The position numbers and the translations under genes were made by a program. A DNA stretch of 64,000 nt, taken from NCBI GenBank assembly GCA_900542065.1, contig UQLU01000001.1, positions 105,967-169,966 on the forward strand, written 5' to 3'. Positions within the stretch are counted from its first letter, which is position 1; every line of letters starts with the position of its first letter. Shown here one piece after another: positions 30,521 through 41,780 of this stretch. Below the pieces are notes generated by a model. The model did not search any database and was not told the DNA's origin. It saw nothing but the letters and a program-made list of their open reading frames with translations. This stretch comes from an uncultured Eggerthella sp. (GTDB lineage Bacteria > Actinomycetota > Coriobacteriia > Coriobacteriales > Eggerthellaceae).

Positions 30521-31252
30521 ATGAGTAAAGTTCGGCTAGATGATTTGCTTATAGAGCAGGGGTATTTTCCCAATAAAGATGCGGTACTACGTGCGGTAAT
30601 TGCCAAAGAAGTTCGCGTAGACGACGTGTATGTAACGAGCGCGGCGGTTAAGGTTAAACCTGACGCGGATATTTTCGTGAAAAATACCAAACGTTTTGTT
30701 TCTCGGGGTGGTCACAAACTTCAAGGTGCGCTTGATTATTTTCATGAGAATGTTGAAGGAAAGCGTTGTATCGATGTTGGGTCTTCGACTGGCGGATTTA
30801 CTGATTGTTTGCTTCAGGCAGGCGCTCAAAGTGTAGCGTGCGTTGATGTAAATTATGGCCAACTAGCCTGGCAATTACGGCAAGACGACCGTGTAAGTGT
30901 TTTTGAGCGTACTAACATTCGTCTTGCTGATCCTGCTGATTTGGGAGCACCTTTTGATATTGTAGTATGCGATTTAAGCTTTATTGGAATCGCTCAATTA
31001 GCCGATGTTTTTGCATCTCTTTGTAGTTCAGGTAGTGTATTTCTTGGCTTAATTAAACCCCAATTTGAAAGTCATCATGATGAAACTGAACGTGGTGTTG
31101 TAGTTGATGAAGCGGTTCGTCAACGTGTGATTTCTGAAGTAACGCAGGCACTTGAACAGGTTGGTTTTACGGTGGATGGGGTCGTGCAATCTCCTATTAA
31201 AGGCCCAGAAGGCAATATAGAATATATTGTCCGTGCAGTCTTCTCTGGATAG
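30521..31252 (+). CDS. tlyA: TlyA family rRNA 2'-O-methyltransferase (S4 domain plus FtsJ-like methyltransferase)
   Basis: 243 aa with an S4 RNA-binding N-terminus (VRLDDLLIEQGYFPNKDAV) and a SAM-binding motif (IDVGSSTGGFTDCLLQAGA). Confidence 0.8.
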   Translation: MSKVRLDDLLIEQGYFPNKDAVLRAVIAKEVRVDDVYVTSAAVKVKPDADIFVKNTKRFVSRGGHKLQGALDYFHENVEGKRCIDVGSSTGGFTDCLLQAGAQSVACVDVNYGQLAWQLRQDDRVSVFERTNIRLADPADLGAPFDIVVCDLSFIGIAQLADVFASLCSSGSVFLGLIKPQFESHHDETERGVVVDEAVRQRVISEVTQALEQVGFTVDGVVQSPIKGPEGNIEYIVRAVFSG

Positions 31253-31322
31253 ATTAAACCGTGATTCTTACGAGGTTTAATACCTGGTAAGGCTGTAAGC
31301 TGAAGTAAAGATTGGCAATATC

Positions 31323-31631
31323 GTGAATGTTTCCTACGAGCAATCGTTAATAGATTACATGGTTAAGAAAAAGTTTTCCGCTATTGTGGTCGAACAAATT
31401 GACCCTGTTGGATGTTGTGCGGATACTTCTGAGTTGCTGTTGCGTTTTGTCAACGAAAAAGGTGCCGATAAGCTTCGCGATCAAGCTATTCGACAGCTGG
31501 ATGCTCCTTTTGGTGAACTTTTTGTTATGGTTCGCGGTCTTGATTATGACAATGAAATTACCTTTGGTCTTCGTAACTTCTTAGGGTTAAAAGATATTAC
31601 GGTAAAAGGAATTCGTCATTGGCAAATTTAA
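31323..31631 (+). CDS. Small hypothetical protein with a conserved-looking Cys-Cys pair (VGCCADT)
   Basis: 102-aa ORF with a plausible alpha/beta fold and no confidently recognisable family. Confidence 0.4.
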   Translation: MNVSYEQSLIDYMVKKKFSAIVVEQIDPVGCCADTSELLLRFVNEKGADKLRDQAIRQLDAPFGELFVMVRGLDYDNEITFGLRNFLGLKDITVKGIRHWQI

Positions 31632-31670
31632 ATACCCCTTACTGCATGACAATAAGGGGTATCTGAGTTT
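31632..31670. terminator. Bidirectional terminator hairpin
   Basis: ATACCCCTTA / TAAGGGGTAT 10-bp stem with an 11-nt loop, followed by a T-rich stretch. It lies between two convergent genes. Confidence 0.5.
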
Positions 31671-31694
31671 GATGTGTAAGCTAATTACCTGTAA

Positions 31695-32456
31695 TTAATA
31701 GGTAGTGGGAGCAAGTAAGACTTTGCCTGTTCCGCGATAAACGTTTACTAAACCTTCACCAGAAGCAGCTGATCCAATAAGAGATTTGCCAGAACGCTCG
31801 ACGCTAAAGTTCAAACTTCCGCTCCAGCATAATGCCATATTGCCATCAATCTTTAATATATCGTTATCAAGTGTAACTTCAATGAGTTCTTCTTTGGGGC
31901 TAGGGGATTCAAGAGCTAAAGCACCATAGCCATTAATGCTTAAGTTGAACAAGCCTTCGTTGCCGGCAACAGCAGATGAAACATTGGTGCGCATAACTGC
32001 TTGATGTTGCAAGCTAGAATAGCAAGCAAGGAATAAACCATCGTCTAACACGATGCTGTTGCCCCAATTAGCAACGTCAATAAGCAAGATGTATTTATAG
32101 GTAGGCTCAAGAATTACTTTGCCAGTACCTTTATATTCAGGTTTAATAGCACTTTCTTTCGTTACTGCTCCACGAACTGCTTTACCTAAGAAGTCACCAA
32201 CTCCTGTTACGCCTGTAGTCTGCTCGACGTCACCCACCATCCACTGCATTGCTCCTGCTTGAATGGTTACAGGTGCCTGACTTAAGTCGCAAATTACTTG
32301 ACGACGGCGTACATTCATTTCACTTGAAAAGTAAGCGGTAGCAGCAGATTCGGGAGTAACACTTAAATCTCGTTTCCATTCGATTACCTGAAAGGCACCG
32401 AGTGCATCAAGCATTTGTACATCGTCATTTTCGGTGAAATTACTGATAGTGAACAT
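31695..32456 (-). CDS. AIM24 family protein (TIGR00266/DUF124)
   Basis: About 253 aa, beta-rich, with glycine-punctuated repeats typical of AIM24. The ATG at plus 32454-32456 has a strong GGAGGAG RBS; the ORF-track TTG upstream is less likely. Confidence 0.55.
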   Translation of the reverse strand: MFTISNFTENDDVQMLDALGAFQVIEWKRDLSVTPESAATAYFSSEMNVRRRQVICDLSQAPVTIQAGAMQWMVGDVEQTTGVTGVGDFLGKAVRGAVTKESAIKPEYKGTGKVILEPTYKYILLIDVANWGNSIVLDDGLFLACYSSLQHQAVMRTNVSSAVAGNEGLFNLSINGYGALALESPSPKEELIEVTLDNDILKIDGNMALCWSGSLNFSVERSGKSLIGSAASGEGLVNVYRGTGKVLLAPTTY

Positions 32457-32541
32457 GTCTCCTCCAAGAAACCGCAACAAATAAAAGATCCCTTACACAA
32501 GTGTAAGGGATCGAACGTAAATTCAGCGTTGTAATTACCGA

Positions 32542-33906
32542 CTAATTCTTTAAAGAATTTAGTGGGGCGGGCATACGTCCGCCACGATGAGCAAATACGG
32601 TACCTGCATTTTGATTAACGGGCATTACAGGAGCATAGCCAAGCAATCCACCAAAATCGAGTTTGTCTCCCACTTTTTTGCCAATAGCTGGAATTAAACG
32701 CACTGCTGTGGTTTTATTGTTGATCATACCAATGGCGCATTCGTCAGCAATAATGCCAAAAATTGTTTCAACAGAAGTGTCGCCTGGTACTGCAATCATG
32801 TCTAAACCAACTGAGCAAACACAGGTCATAGCTTCAAGTTTTTCTAGGCTAAGTGCTCCCGCTTCTGCAGCGCGAATCATACCTGAATCTTCTGAGACGG
32901 GAATGAACGCGCCTGATAGACCACCAACGCTTGAGCTTGCCATTACGCCACCTTTTTTAACGGCATCATTGAGCATAGCAAGAGCAGCTGTGGTTCCAGG
33001 ACCACCGCAGGTACCAACGCCAATAGATTCAAGAATTTCCGCAACTGAATCGCCTTCAGCAGGAGTTGGTGCTAAAGAGAGATCAAGGATGCCTTTTTGA
33101 ACTCCAAGACGTTTGCTTGCTTCGCGGCTCATAAGTTCGCCTGCACGGGTAATCTTGAAAGCAGTTGCTTTGATTGCTTCAGCGATGCTGGTCATATCAG
33201 CTTCTTTTGGCATGCTGCGTAAAACGGCATTAACAACACCAGGGCCAGATACACCAACATTTACCACGGCATCTGCTTCTCCCGATCCATGGAAAGCGCC
33301 AGCCATGAAGGGATTGTCTTCTACTGCATTACAAAAGACCACCAATTTACCTGCACCAATGCATTGATTATCTGCAGTAAGTTCAGCTGATCGTTTGACA
33401 ATATGAGCCATACGCAAAGCGGCATCCATATTAATACCTGCACGAGTAGAGCCAATGTTGACTGAAGCACAGACATTATCGGTAGTTGCCAAAGCTTCTG
33501 GGATTGATTCCATTAGCGTAATGTCTGCCTTGGTTGCTCCCTTATGAACCAGTGCAGAAAAGCCACCTACAAAATCTACTCCAACTTCTTTGCCTGCTTT
33601 GTCCATTGCTTGTGCAATAGGGGAGAAATCAGTTGCATCAGTTGCAGCACAAATTTCTGCGATAGGAGTAACGGAAATACGCTTGTTAACGATAGGAATA
33701 CCATATTCACGTTCTAGCTGCTCTGCTGTTGGAACAAGCTTTTCCGCAGCAGAGGTCATGCGATCATATACTTTACGAGCCATCACATTGATGTCTTCAT
33801 GGGTGCAGCTTCGTAAATTAAGGCCTAGGGTAATAGTGCGAATATCTAAGTGTTGCTGACTTACCATTGCAAGGGTTTCAGCAATTTCTTCTGGAGTGAT
33901 TTGCAT
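32542..33906 (-). CDS. UPF0210 family protein (DUF711, PFL-like fold)
   Basis: 454 aa beginning [31 protein letters not shown], characteristic of UPF0210. No UPF0237/ACT partner gene is adjacent. Confidence 0.8.
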   Translation of the reverse strand: MQITPEEIAETLAMVSQQHLDIRTITLGLNLRSCTHEDINVMARKVYDRMTSAAEKLVPTAEQLEREYGIPIVNKRISVTPIAEICAATDATDFSPIAQAMDKAGKEVGVDFVGGFSALVHKGATKADITLMESIPEALATTDNVCASVNIGSTRAGINMDAALRMAHIVKRSAELTADNQCIGAGKLVVFCNAVEDNPFMAGAFHGSGEADAVVNVGVSGPGVVNAVLRSMPKEADMTSIAEAIKATAFKITRAGELMSREASKRLGVQKGILDLSLAPTPAEGDSVAEILESIGVGTCGGPGTTAALAMLNDAVKKGGVMASSSVGGLSGAFIPVSEDSGMIRAAEAGALSLEKLEAMTCVCSVGLDMIAVPGDTSVETIFGIIADECAIGMINNKTTAVRLIPAIGKKVGDKLDFGGLLGYAPVMPVNQNAGTVFAHRGGRMPAPLNSLKN

Positions 33907-34096
33907 GAAAGCAAAGCCTTTCTATACATGAATAAACTGCTTAGCAGCATACCAAATTTAGAGCAATTTGTGCGTAAAGGTATGACAAGTGATGATTTCG
34001 TTACAGTCTTAGTTTTTGAACACTGTGTCTATTATTGTGCGCTCTGTTGAAATATAATGTTATACACGATTTATAAAGAGGGAGAGTAGACAATAC

Positions 34097-34738
34097 GTGG
34101 CGAAGATTCAGGGGCATAGTTCTCTACAAGATTCGACTCAAAATGAAGATAGACGCATTGTTAAATCGAAACGTGCTCTTCGTGGTGCCTTAATAACCTT
34201 GATGGAAACTAAGGGCTTCGAGGCAATAACCGTAAACGATTTATGTAGTGCGGCGGATCTGAACAGAGGCACTTTTTATAATCACTTCTCCGATAAGGAA
34301 GACTTGCTGGTTTCTTTTGAGAATGAAGTGATGGAAACTATTGCGCTCATTCGTAGTGAAATGGCTTTATTGTCTGTTAAAGATGTAATGGCGTATTGCG
34401 TTTCTAAAAAGCCGCTTCCTTTTTTAGTAAGACTTTTTGATTATTTCAGAGAACAAGGGGATTTTCTTCATGCGGTAATGGGCCCTGGTGGTGATCCTCG
34501 TTTTGGTTCTCGCTTAAGAGATAGTTTCTGCACCAACCTTATTCAGGGTGTGTTGCATGAAAAGTATCGAAACGATCCTGATCCTTTCGTTGGCTATTAC
34601 ATTTCGTTTTATGCTTCAGCTTATTTAGGCGTAATAAACCACTGGATAGATACGGGTATGAAAGAAGATTCTCAAACCATGGCCTTAATAGCTATGCGTT
34701 TGTTGTTTATTAAACCTGGCGAACCAATTAGATTGTAA
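34097..34738 (+). CDS. TetR family transcriptional regulator
   Basis: 213 aa with an N-terminal TetR HTH ([44 protein letters not shown]). GTG start. Confidence 0.8.
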   Translation: MAKIQGHSSLQDSTQNEDRRIVKSKRALRGALITLMETKGFEAITVNDLCSAADLNRGTFYNHFSDKEDLLVSFENEVMETIALIRSEMALLSVKDVMAYCVSKKPLPFLVRLFDYFREQGDFLHAVMGPGGDPRFGSRLRDSFCTNLIQGVLHEKYRNDPDPFVGYYISFYASAYLGVINHWIDTGMKEDSQTMALIAMRLLFIKPGEPIRL

Positions 34739-34748
34739 GGAGATATTG

Positions 34749-37700
34749 ATGGCACCCGAAACGACAAGCACTGCGCGGCTTCATTTGGGCATTGATGTTG
34801 GATCCACTACCGTAAAAGTTGCTGTTTTGGATAATAACCAGCAGATCGTGTATTCCGTTTACCGTCGTCATCATGCTGATGTACGCGCAACGGTATTAGA
34901 GGTGCTGCGTGAAGCTGCTGAGCAATTTCCTGATCAACCGATAACGATTGCTATTACCGGCTCAGGTGGCTTGTTGCTTTCGCAATGGCTTAACTTGGAA
35001 TTTGTTCAGGAAGTTATAGCTTCTAAGACGGCAGTTGAAACCTTTATTCCAAAGACTGATGTTGCTATCGAGCTTGGTGGCGAAGACGCGAAAATTATCT
35101 ATTTTGATAACGGCATTGAGCAGCGTATGAATGGTACATGTGCTGGCGGTACGGGTGCTTTCATTGATCAGATGGCATCGCTTTTGGATACAGATGCTAG
35201 TGGTCTTAATGAATTAGCTAAAAACCATACGGTTTTGTATCCCATTGCAAGTCGATGTGGTGTATTTGCTAAAACCGACGTGCAACCTTTACTTAATGAA
35301 GGTGCCAAAAAAGAAGATATTGCTGCTTCAATTTTCCAGTCGGTAGTTACCCAGACCATTTCTGGTCTTGCTTGCGGTAGACCTATTCGCGGATATGTAG
35401 CCTTCCTTGGTGGTCCGCTGCAGTATTTGCCTGAGTTGCGCAAGCGTTTTTACGAAACGCTCGAATTGGATGAAGAACACATCATTGTTCCAGACAATGC
35501 GCATCTTTTTGTTGCGGGTGGTTGCGCCCTTGCAAGTGCTAAAGGCAAACCTGAGCTTTTAGCTGACGTTGTAGAGCGTCTTGAAAATCTTGGTGACATT
35601 CAAGGCAGCGAAGTGGTTCGACTTCCTCCTTTGTTTAAGGACGAGGCGGACTATCAAGAGTTCAAAGAACGTCACGACAAAGAAAAAGTTCGTCGTGAAA
35701 ATCTTGATACCTATAAGGGTGCTGCATATTTGGGTATTGATGCTGGTTCTACCACGTTTAAAGCAGCTTTGATTTCAGAAGATGGTGCTTTGTTGTGGAG
35801 TAGCTATATGAATAACAAGGGCGACGTTTTGGGTTGCGCAAAACGCGCTGTAGCGGAGCTATATGGCAAGTTGCCTATAGATCCTGCTACGGGTAAATCG
35901 AATGTTCGTATTGGCCATGTTACGGTAACAGGATATGGCGAAGCACTTCTTCTTGAGGCCTTGCGTGTTGACTCTGGTGAAATTGAAACCGTTGCTCATT
36001 TGCGTGGTTCCGAAGAAATGCTTCCTGGTGTTGAGTTCATTTTGGATATTGGCGGCCAGGATATGAAGTGCCTTCGCGTTAAAGACGGCGTAATTGAGCA
36101 TATTATGCTTAATGAGGCATGCTCTTCTGGCTGCGGTTCCTTTATCGAAAGCTTTGCTTCTGGTCTTAATCTCAGTGTTTCTGAGTTTGCTCAAAGCGCT
36201 ATTCAAGCTCGTAATCCTGTGGATTTGGGTAGCCGTTGTACGGTATTTATGAATAGCCGTGTAAAGCAAGCGCAAAAAGAAGGTGCTACGGTAGGCGATA
36301 TTGCTGCTGGTTTGGCGCTTTCTGTTATCAAGAATGCCTTGTTTAAGGTAATCAAAATTCGTGACCCGCGTGAGGTTGGTTCAAAGGTTATCGTTCAGGG
36401 CGGCACCTTCTTAAACGATGCTGTTTTGCGTTCTTTTGAACAGCTGGCTGAAACTAATGCGGTACGACCTGATATTGCAGGTAATATGGGTGCTTATGGT
36501 GCTGCACTTTTAGCGCGTGATCGTGCCCATGACGCTGAAGCACGTAGTGGCAAACCCGCTCAGACTTCTATGCTCGATCTTGCAGGGTTAGAGGCGCTTG
36601 AGCCCACCCATCGCAACATTCGTTGCAAGGCGTGTTCGAATCATTGTCTGTTAACCATTAATGATTTCGGTATTGACGAAAAGACAGGTAAACACCGTCG
36701 TTTCATAACGGGTAATCGTTGCGAAAAGGGTGCTGGTCTTGCACAGGAAGCTGCAAAGGTTCCCAATCTGTTTGATTACAAGACTGAGCGTATGTTTAAT
36801 CACTACACGCCGCTTACTGCTGAAGAAGCAACGCGTGCAACCGTTGGTATTCCTCGTGCTTTGAATATGTATGAGAACTATCCATTCTGGTTTACTTTCT
36901 TCACCAAACTTGGTTTCCGTGTGGTTCTTTCAGACCCTTCAACTAAGAAAACCTATGAGGCAGGTATTGAGTCAATGCCATCTGAAAGCGTGTGTTATCC
37001 TGCAAAGCTTTCGCATGGTCATATTATGAACTTGCTTGAAAAGGACATCGACTTTATCTGGATGCCTTGCGCTAAGTATGAACGTCAAGAAGACGAAACT
37101 GCAGGTAATCACTTTAATTGCCCGATTGTTATGAGTTATTCCGAGGCGTTAAAGCTCAACGTTGATGCGCTTAACGAAACAGATATCCAATTCCTGAATC
37201 CTTTCGTTCCTTATCATTTGAAGGACAAACTTAAAGAGCGTCTCTATGTTGAATTGGTTGAAAAGCACCCCGAACTTATGGGTTCAGGGCCACTGCCTAC
37301 TCAGGACGAAATTGATGCTGCAGTAGATGCTGCTTGGGCAGAAGATGAGCAAGTGCATGAAGATATTCATCAAAAGGGAATGGAAACCCTGAAGTGGATT
37401 GAGGAACACGGAGTTCACGGTATTGTTCTTGCAGGCCGTCCTTATCATGGAGATCCTGAAATTAACCATGCTATTCCTGAACTTCTCACAAGCTTTGGTT
37501 TGGCGGTATTTACTGAAGATTCTGTTGCTCATATGGGTCAGGTCGAGCGTCCTTTGCGTGCTGTTGACCAATGGATGTATCACACTCGTCTGTATCGTGC
37601 CGCTAAGGTGGTTACGCAGCGTGACGACCTTGACTTAATCCAGCTTAATTCCTTTGGTTGTGGTTTGGATGCTATTACCACAGATCAGGTTCAGGAAATT

Positions 37701-39437
37701 CTTGAAGGATCAGGCAAGATCTATACCGTTTTGAAGATCGACGAAGTATCTAACTTGGGTGCTGCCCGTATTCGTGTACGCTCTTTGCTTGCAGCATTGA
37801 AAGACCAGGCCGAAGAACGTGCTGAAAAGAATGCTTTGGAAGGCGGATGTCCCGTTTGTGGTATTGATGGTGATCAGCTTGAAGCTGATGTTAAAGCTCG
37901 TGAAGCTGTTATTGAAGCGAAGAGTGGTAAGCGCGAGGCTGAAGCTGGTGCTGCCGTTGCTGCTGAAATTGCTCGTGAAAGTGCCAAGGAGGTACAAAGT
38001 GAGCATCGCATTATGACTTCTGAAGAAGAAGCAGCGCTTGCAGAGGCGCTAAAGGGAAGTCATGAGCTAAAGGCTGAATCAACCGCGTTTCCGAAAGTCC
38101 AGTTCACAAAAGAAATGAAAGAAGCGGGATATACCATTTTGTGTCCTCAAATGGCCCCAATTCACTTCGATTTGTTGTTGCCAATCTTTAATGCCAATGG
38201 CTACAACATGGAACTGTTGCCTGCAGTTGACCATGGTGCGGTGGACGCTGGCCTGAAATACGTCAACAACGACATTTGCTATCCTTCCATTTTGGTAACT
38301 GGCCAAATTATGGAAGCGGTTACTTCTGGTCGTTATGATACCGATAAGCTAGCAGTTATCATCACCCAAACAGGTGGTGGTTGTCGCGCTACGAATTATA
38401 TTTCTCTAATTCGTAAAGCACTTAAAGCTGCTGGATTGGGTCATATCCCTGTTATATCTTTGGCATTCAAGAAACTTGACGAATCTAATCCTGGTTTCAA
38501 GCTTTCTGCAACGATGCTTTATAACGCGGTATTCGCTCTGTTCTATGGCGACTTGCTTATGCAATGCTTGTATCGCACGCGTCCTTACGAAATTGAGCCG
38601 AATGCTGCTCAGAATCTGTTTGATTACTGGATGGCAAAATGTAAGCAACAGGTCTATGAGGGCGAAAAGTTTGGTCGCTACAAGAAGACTGTTCGTGCCA
38701 TTGTTGACGACTTTGATAACTTGCCTTTGCAGGGCGAAGGCACTAAGCCCCGTGTTGGTGTTGTAGGCGAAATTCTGGTTAAGTTCCATCCTACGGCTAA
38801 TAATCAGGTTGTTGATGTTATTGAGGCTGAAGGCTGCGAAGCGGTTGTTCCTGGCTTAGTTGACTTCTTCTTATTTGGCATTGCTGGCTCCATCTTCCAG
38901 CAGGAAGGCGTAGGCAAGTCGAAGAAGGGTGCAACGGGTGCTCGTGCGGCACTAAAGGCAATTGCGAAACTTCGCAAACCAATGAATGACGCTCTTGAGC
39001 AATCAAATCGTTTTGAACCACCAACCGATATCTTTACCCTTGCAAGCTACGCAGAAGAGATCTTGTCACTGTGTAATTCGATGGGTGAGGGTTGGCTGTT
39101 AACGGCGGAAATGGTAGAGCTCATTCGCAGTGGTGCGCCAAATATTGTTTGCGCTCAGCCTTTCGCTTGCTTACCTAACCATGTGGTAGGTAAAGCAGTT
39201 ATTAAGGAACTGCGTCGTCGTTATAAGGGCACCAACATTGTTGCCGTTGACTACGACCCAGGTGCTTCTGAGGTTAACCAGCTTAACCGAATTAAGTTGA
39301 TGATTTCAGTGGCAAAGGCAAACTTAGAAGAAGATTTAGCGCAGCGCCAGCCTCATGATTTGCCTTCTCGTTCGCAGGCAACTGAGGAATTTGATGTGTT
39401 TAGTACCGAAGACGAAGTTGTGCAAAAGCAGGTATAA
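34749..39437 (+). CDS. Giant CoA-substrate-specific enzyme activase (double BadF/BadG/BcrA/BcrD ATPase) fused to 2-hydroxyacyl-CoA-dehydratase-like / DUF2229 domains
   Basis: Two acetate-kinase-fold ATPase modules ([16 protein letters not shown] and [18 protein letters not shown]), a Cys cluster (CKACSNHCL...CEKG), an Ala/Glu-rich linker and C-terminal HgdB-like domains. ATG at 34749 has an AAGGAG RBS. Confidence 0.75.
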   Translation: MAPETTSTARLHLGIDVGSTTVKVAVLDNNQQIVYSVYRRHHADVRATVLEVLREAAEQFPDQPITIAITGSGGLLLSQWLNLEFVQEVIASKTAVETFIPKTDVAIELGGEDAKIIYFDNGIEQRMNGTCAGGTGAFIDQMASLLDTDASGLNELAKNHTVLYPIASRCGVFAKTDVQPLLNEGAKKEDIAASIFQSVVTQTISGLACGRPIRGYVAFLGGPLQYLPELRKRFYETLELDEEHIIVPDNAHLFVAGGCALASAKGKPELLADVVERLENLGDIQGSEVVRLPPLFKDEADYQEFKERHDKEKVRRENLDTYKGAAYLGIDAGSTTFKAALISEDGALLWSSYMNNKGDVLGCAKRAVAELYGKLPIDPATGKSNVRIGHVTVTGYGEALLLEALRVDSGEIETVAHLRGSEEMLPGVEFILDIGGQDMKCLRVKDGVIEHIMLNEACSSGCGSFIESFASGLNLSVSEFAQSAIQARNPVDLGSRCTVFMNSRVKQAQKEGATVGDIAAGLALSVIKNALFKVIKIRDPREVGSKVIVQGGTFLNDAVLRSFEQLAETNAVRPDIAGNMGAYGAALLARDRAHDAEARSGKPAQTSMLDLAGLEALEPTHRNIRCKACSNHCLLTINDFGIDEKTGKHRRFITGNRCEKGAGLAQEAAKVPNLFDYKTERMFNHYTPLTAEEATRATVGIPRALNMYENYPFWFTFFTKLGFRVVLSDPSTKKTYEAGIESMPSESVCYPAKLSHGHIMNLLEKDIDFIWMPCAKYERQEDETAGNHFNCPIVMSYSEALKLNVDALNETDIQFLNPFVPYHLKDKLKERLYVELVEKHPELMGSGPLPTQDEIDAAVDAAWAEDEQVHEDIHQKGMETLKWIEEHGVHGIVLAGRPYHGDPEINHAIPELLTSFGLAVFTEDSVAHMGQVERPLRAVDQWMYHTRLYRAAKVVTQRDDLDLIQLNSFGCGLDAITTDQVQEILEGSGKIYTVLKIDEVSNLGAARIRVRSLLAALKDQAEERAEKNALEGGCPVCGIDGDQLEADVKAREAVIEAKSGKREAEAGAAVAAEIARESAKEVQSEHRIMTSEEEAALAEALKGSHELKAESTAFPKVQFTKEMKEAGYTILCPQMAPIHFDLLLPIFNANGYNMELLPAVDHGAVDAGLKYVNNDICYPSILVTGQIMEAVTSGRYDTDKLAVIITQTGGGCRATNYISLIRKALKAAGLGHIPVISLAFKKLDESNPGFKLSATMLYNAVFALFYGDLLMQCLYRTRPYEIEPNAAQNLFDYWMAKCKQQVYEGEKFGRYKKTVRAIVDDFDNLPLQGEGTKPRVGVVGEILVKFHPTANNQVVDVIEAEGCEAVVPGLVDFFLFGIAGSIFQQEGVGKSKKGATGARAALKAIAKLRKPMNDALEQSNRFEPPTDIFTLASYAEEILSLCNSMGEGWLLTAEMVELIRSGAPNIVCAQPFACLPNHVVGKAVIKELRRRYKGTNIVAVDYDPGASEVNQLNRIKLMISVAKANLEEDLAQRQPHDLPSRSQATEEFDVFSTEDEVVQKQV

Positions 39438-39472
39438 CGAGGAATCTTCTATCCTTATTAGGATTACGTGAA

Positions 39473-39499
39473 AGGGGAGCTGGAAAGCTCCCTTTTTCT
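39473..39499 (+). terminator. Rho-independent terminator of the giant activase gene
   Basis: GGGGAGCT-GGAA-AGCTCCC followed by TTTTT. Confidence 0.65.
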
Positions 39500-39563
39500 T
39501 TGGTGTACAATTTGCACGTTTTAATTTATCTGAAAGACCAAGGAAGTTGATTTAAGTAAATAA

Positions 39564-40367
39564 ATGGAATGGTTAGTTCAAGGCATACATGAGGTATTTG
39601 GGATCGCTCCTTGGGGATTATTGGTTGTTTGTTCATTAGTATTTATTGCAGGCTACGTTGACTCTATTGCGGGCGGTGGAGGGCTTATATCTCTTCCTGC
39701 CTACATGATTGTTGGACTTCCTACTCATGCTTCTATTGCAACCAATAAGCTGGCTTCTGCGATGGGTACTACTGTTGCTACGTGGCACTATGCGAAATCT
39801 GGATTTATCCAGGTGAAACTTGCAATTCCCTCTATTATTTTTGCTTTCATAGGTTCATTTTTTGGTTCGAATCTTGTTTTGTTGGTAAGCGATTATGCCC
39901 TAAAAATCATTCTGCTTTTTGTTTTGCCACTAACAGCGCTTTATGTTATGAAAACCAAGCAGTTAGGAAACAATAAAACATCTACGCTTACTTTTCGGCA
40001 AACAGTGCTTATTTGTTGTTGTGTTGCGATGATTGTAGGCGCCTATGATGGCTTCTATGGCCCTGGCACGGGTACGTTTTTAATGCTGCTTTTAAGTGGC
40101 GCCGCTCAACTTCGTCTCGACGCTTCCGCAGGTATTACTAAAGCAATCAATTTAAGTACTAACATTGCTGCTTTGGCGGTATTCCTCTTCCATGGTGAAG
40201 TTCTTATTCCGCTTGGGTTGTTAGCTGGAGTTTTTAGTATTGCAGGTAATTATGTAGGTTCTCATAAATTCACCTCGCAAGGTGGATCGGTTGCTAAACC
40301 AATTACGATAGTTGTCCTTGTTATTTTTCTTATCAAGATCATCTATGATCTATCAACGGGTGCATAA
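39564..40367 (+). CDS. TSUP (TauE/SafE) family anion exporter
   Basis: 267 aa with 8 predicted TMs and the duplicated TauE halves with Gly-rich motifs (GGGGLISLP, GPGTGTF). Confidence 0.8.
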   Translation: MEWLVQGIHEVFGIAPWGLLVVCSLVFIAGYVDSIAGGGGLISLPAYMIVGLPTHASIATNKLASAMGTTVATWHYAKSGFIQVKLAIPSIIFAFIGSFFGSNLVLLVSDYALKIILLFVLPLTALYVMKTKQLGNNKTSTLTFRQTVLICCCVAMIVGAYDGFYGPGTGTFLMLLLSGAAQLRLDASAGITKAINLSTNIAALAVFLFHGEVLIPLGLLAGVFSIAGNYVGSHKFTSQGGSVAKPITIVVLVIFLIKIIYDLSTGA

Positions 40368-40399
40368 AAAACTACCTACGACTTCGTAGGTAGTTTCAA
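40366..40399 (-). terminator. Terminator for the threonine dehydratase gene
   Basis: AACTACCTACG / CGTAGGTAGTT stem with an A5 tract on the plus strand, which is a T5 tract on the minus strand. Confidence 0.5.
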
Positions 40400-40463
40400 A
40401 AATTAAGCTTCGATTGAGTGATTCTTGCAGCAGTTTTAGCTGCGCTTGAGCTGAAGCGAAGGT

Positions 40464-41675
40464 TTAAAGATGAACTTGAATGAGCTTTGGACGGAAGCCT
40501 TTTTCTTCTAGAGCATGTACAATCTTATTCTTGTGATCAGTACCAAAGGCTTCAATAGTTACGCGCAATTCCACTGCTGCATTTCTGTTTGCAGTTACGA
40601 ATTGGTTATGATCTAAGCGCACTACGTTGCCATTGCAGTCTGCTATTGTTTGAGCAACACGAACCAATTCGCCAGGGCGATCGGGGAGTAGTACTGATAC
40701 CGTAAAGATTCGATCACGCTGAATAAGACCATGCTGAACAACAGAAGACATCGTGATCACGTCCATGTTGCCGCCTGAAAGAATGGAAACGATCTTCTTT
40801 CCTTCAACGTTAAGGTGCTTTAATGCCGCAACTGTTAGAAGACCTGAATTTTCGACGATCATTTTATGGCTTTCGACCATGTCTAAAAAGGCAACGATTA
40901 GTTCATCATCTTCAACGGTGATAATGTCATCGATATTTTCTTGGAGGTAAGGGAAGATTTGATCGCCTGGTTCAAGTACGGCGGTACCATCGGCGATAGT
41001 ATTGACGCTTGGTAGTTTTACAACATGTCCAGCTTCAAGTGATGCTTTCATGCAGGCAGCACCTGCTGGTTCAACACCTATTACGCTGATACGGGGATTG
41101 AGCATTTTTGCAAGCGTGGAAACACCTGTTGCAAGTCCGCCGCCTCCGATAGGTACAAGAATGATATCGACGAGAGGCAATTCCTGAACGATTTCCATCG
41201 CGATTGATCCTTGACCAGCTGCAAGAATAGGATCATTAAAGGGATGAATAAAGGTTAAAGAGCGCTCTTCTGCTAATTTCAATGCATGTTCATAGGCCTC
41301 ATCGTAAACGTCGCCTGCCAGCACAACTTCAGCCCCTTGTTCCTTGGTACGTTCGACCTTAATGAGTGGGGTAGTTGTTGGCATAACAATAGTGGCAGGA
41401 ACACCATACTTTCGCGCTGCATAGGCTACGCCTTGTGCATGATTGCCGGCAGAAGCAGTGATTAATCCATGAGAACGTTCTTCGTCGGTCAGCGTGCTGA
41501 TTTTATAATAAGCACCACGTACCTTATAAGCGCCAGTACGCTGCATGTTTTCTGGCTTTAGGTAAACTTCATTACCCGTTTCTTTGCTGAAATGATGGCT
41601 ATAGATCAGTTTCGTTTCTTGGGTAACTTCTTTTACTTTTTTTGCAGCTTCTTCAAATGTAGCGAGCGTTAACAT
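40464..41675 (-). CDS. ilvA: Threonine ammonia-lyase (threonine dehydratase) with a C-terminal ACT-like domain
   Basis: 403 aa. PLP-lysine region (ENMQRTGAYKVRGAYYKIS), SAGNHAQGVAYAA, and the Gly-rich PLP-phosphate loop (GGGGLATGV). Confidence 0.9.
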   Translation of the reverse strand: MLTLATFEEAAKKVKEVTQETKLIYSHHFSKETGNEVYLKPENMQRTGAYKVRGAYYKISTLTDEERSHGLITASAGNHAQGVAYAARKYGVPATIVMPTTTPLIKVERTKEQGAEVVLAGDVYDEAYEHALKLAEERSLTFIHPFNDPILAAGQGSIAMEIVQELPLVDIILVPIGGGGLATGVSTLAKMLNPRISVIGVEPAGAACMKASLEAGHVVKLPSVNTIADGTAVLEPGDQIFPYLQENIDDIITVEDDELIVAFLDMVESHKMIVENSGLLTVAALKHLNVEGKKIVSILSGGNMDVITMSSVVQHGLIQRDRIFTVSVLLPDRPGELVRVAQTIADCNGNVVRLDHNQFVTANRNAAVELRVTIEAFGTDHKNKIVHALEEKGFRPKLIQVHL

Positions 41676-41780
41676 GGAGGTCCTTTACTCTTATAGTATG
41701 AATTGTTTGTTTTGAAATGTTATCTTAACAGCGTTACGTTATCACTATTTATAGTACAAAGTTGCGAAAAGGGAGAAAGA

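Noticed and set aside
32663-33859. Plus-strand ORFs (32663-33100, 33113-33367, 33590-33859) antisense to the UPF0210 gene, and 53174-53759 antisense to the caiD-like gene
   Set aside because: These are typical antisense shadow ORFs inside strongly supported genes. They are Ala/Pro/Ser-rich from GC-biased third positions.
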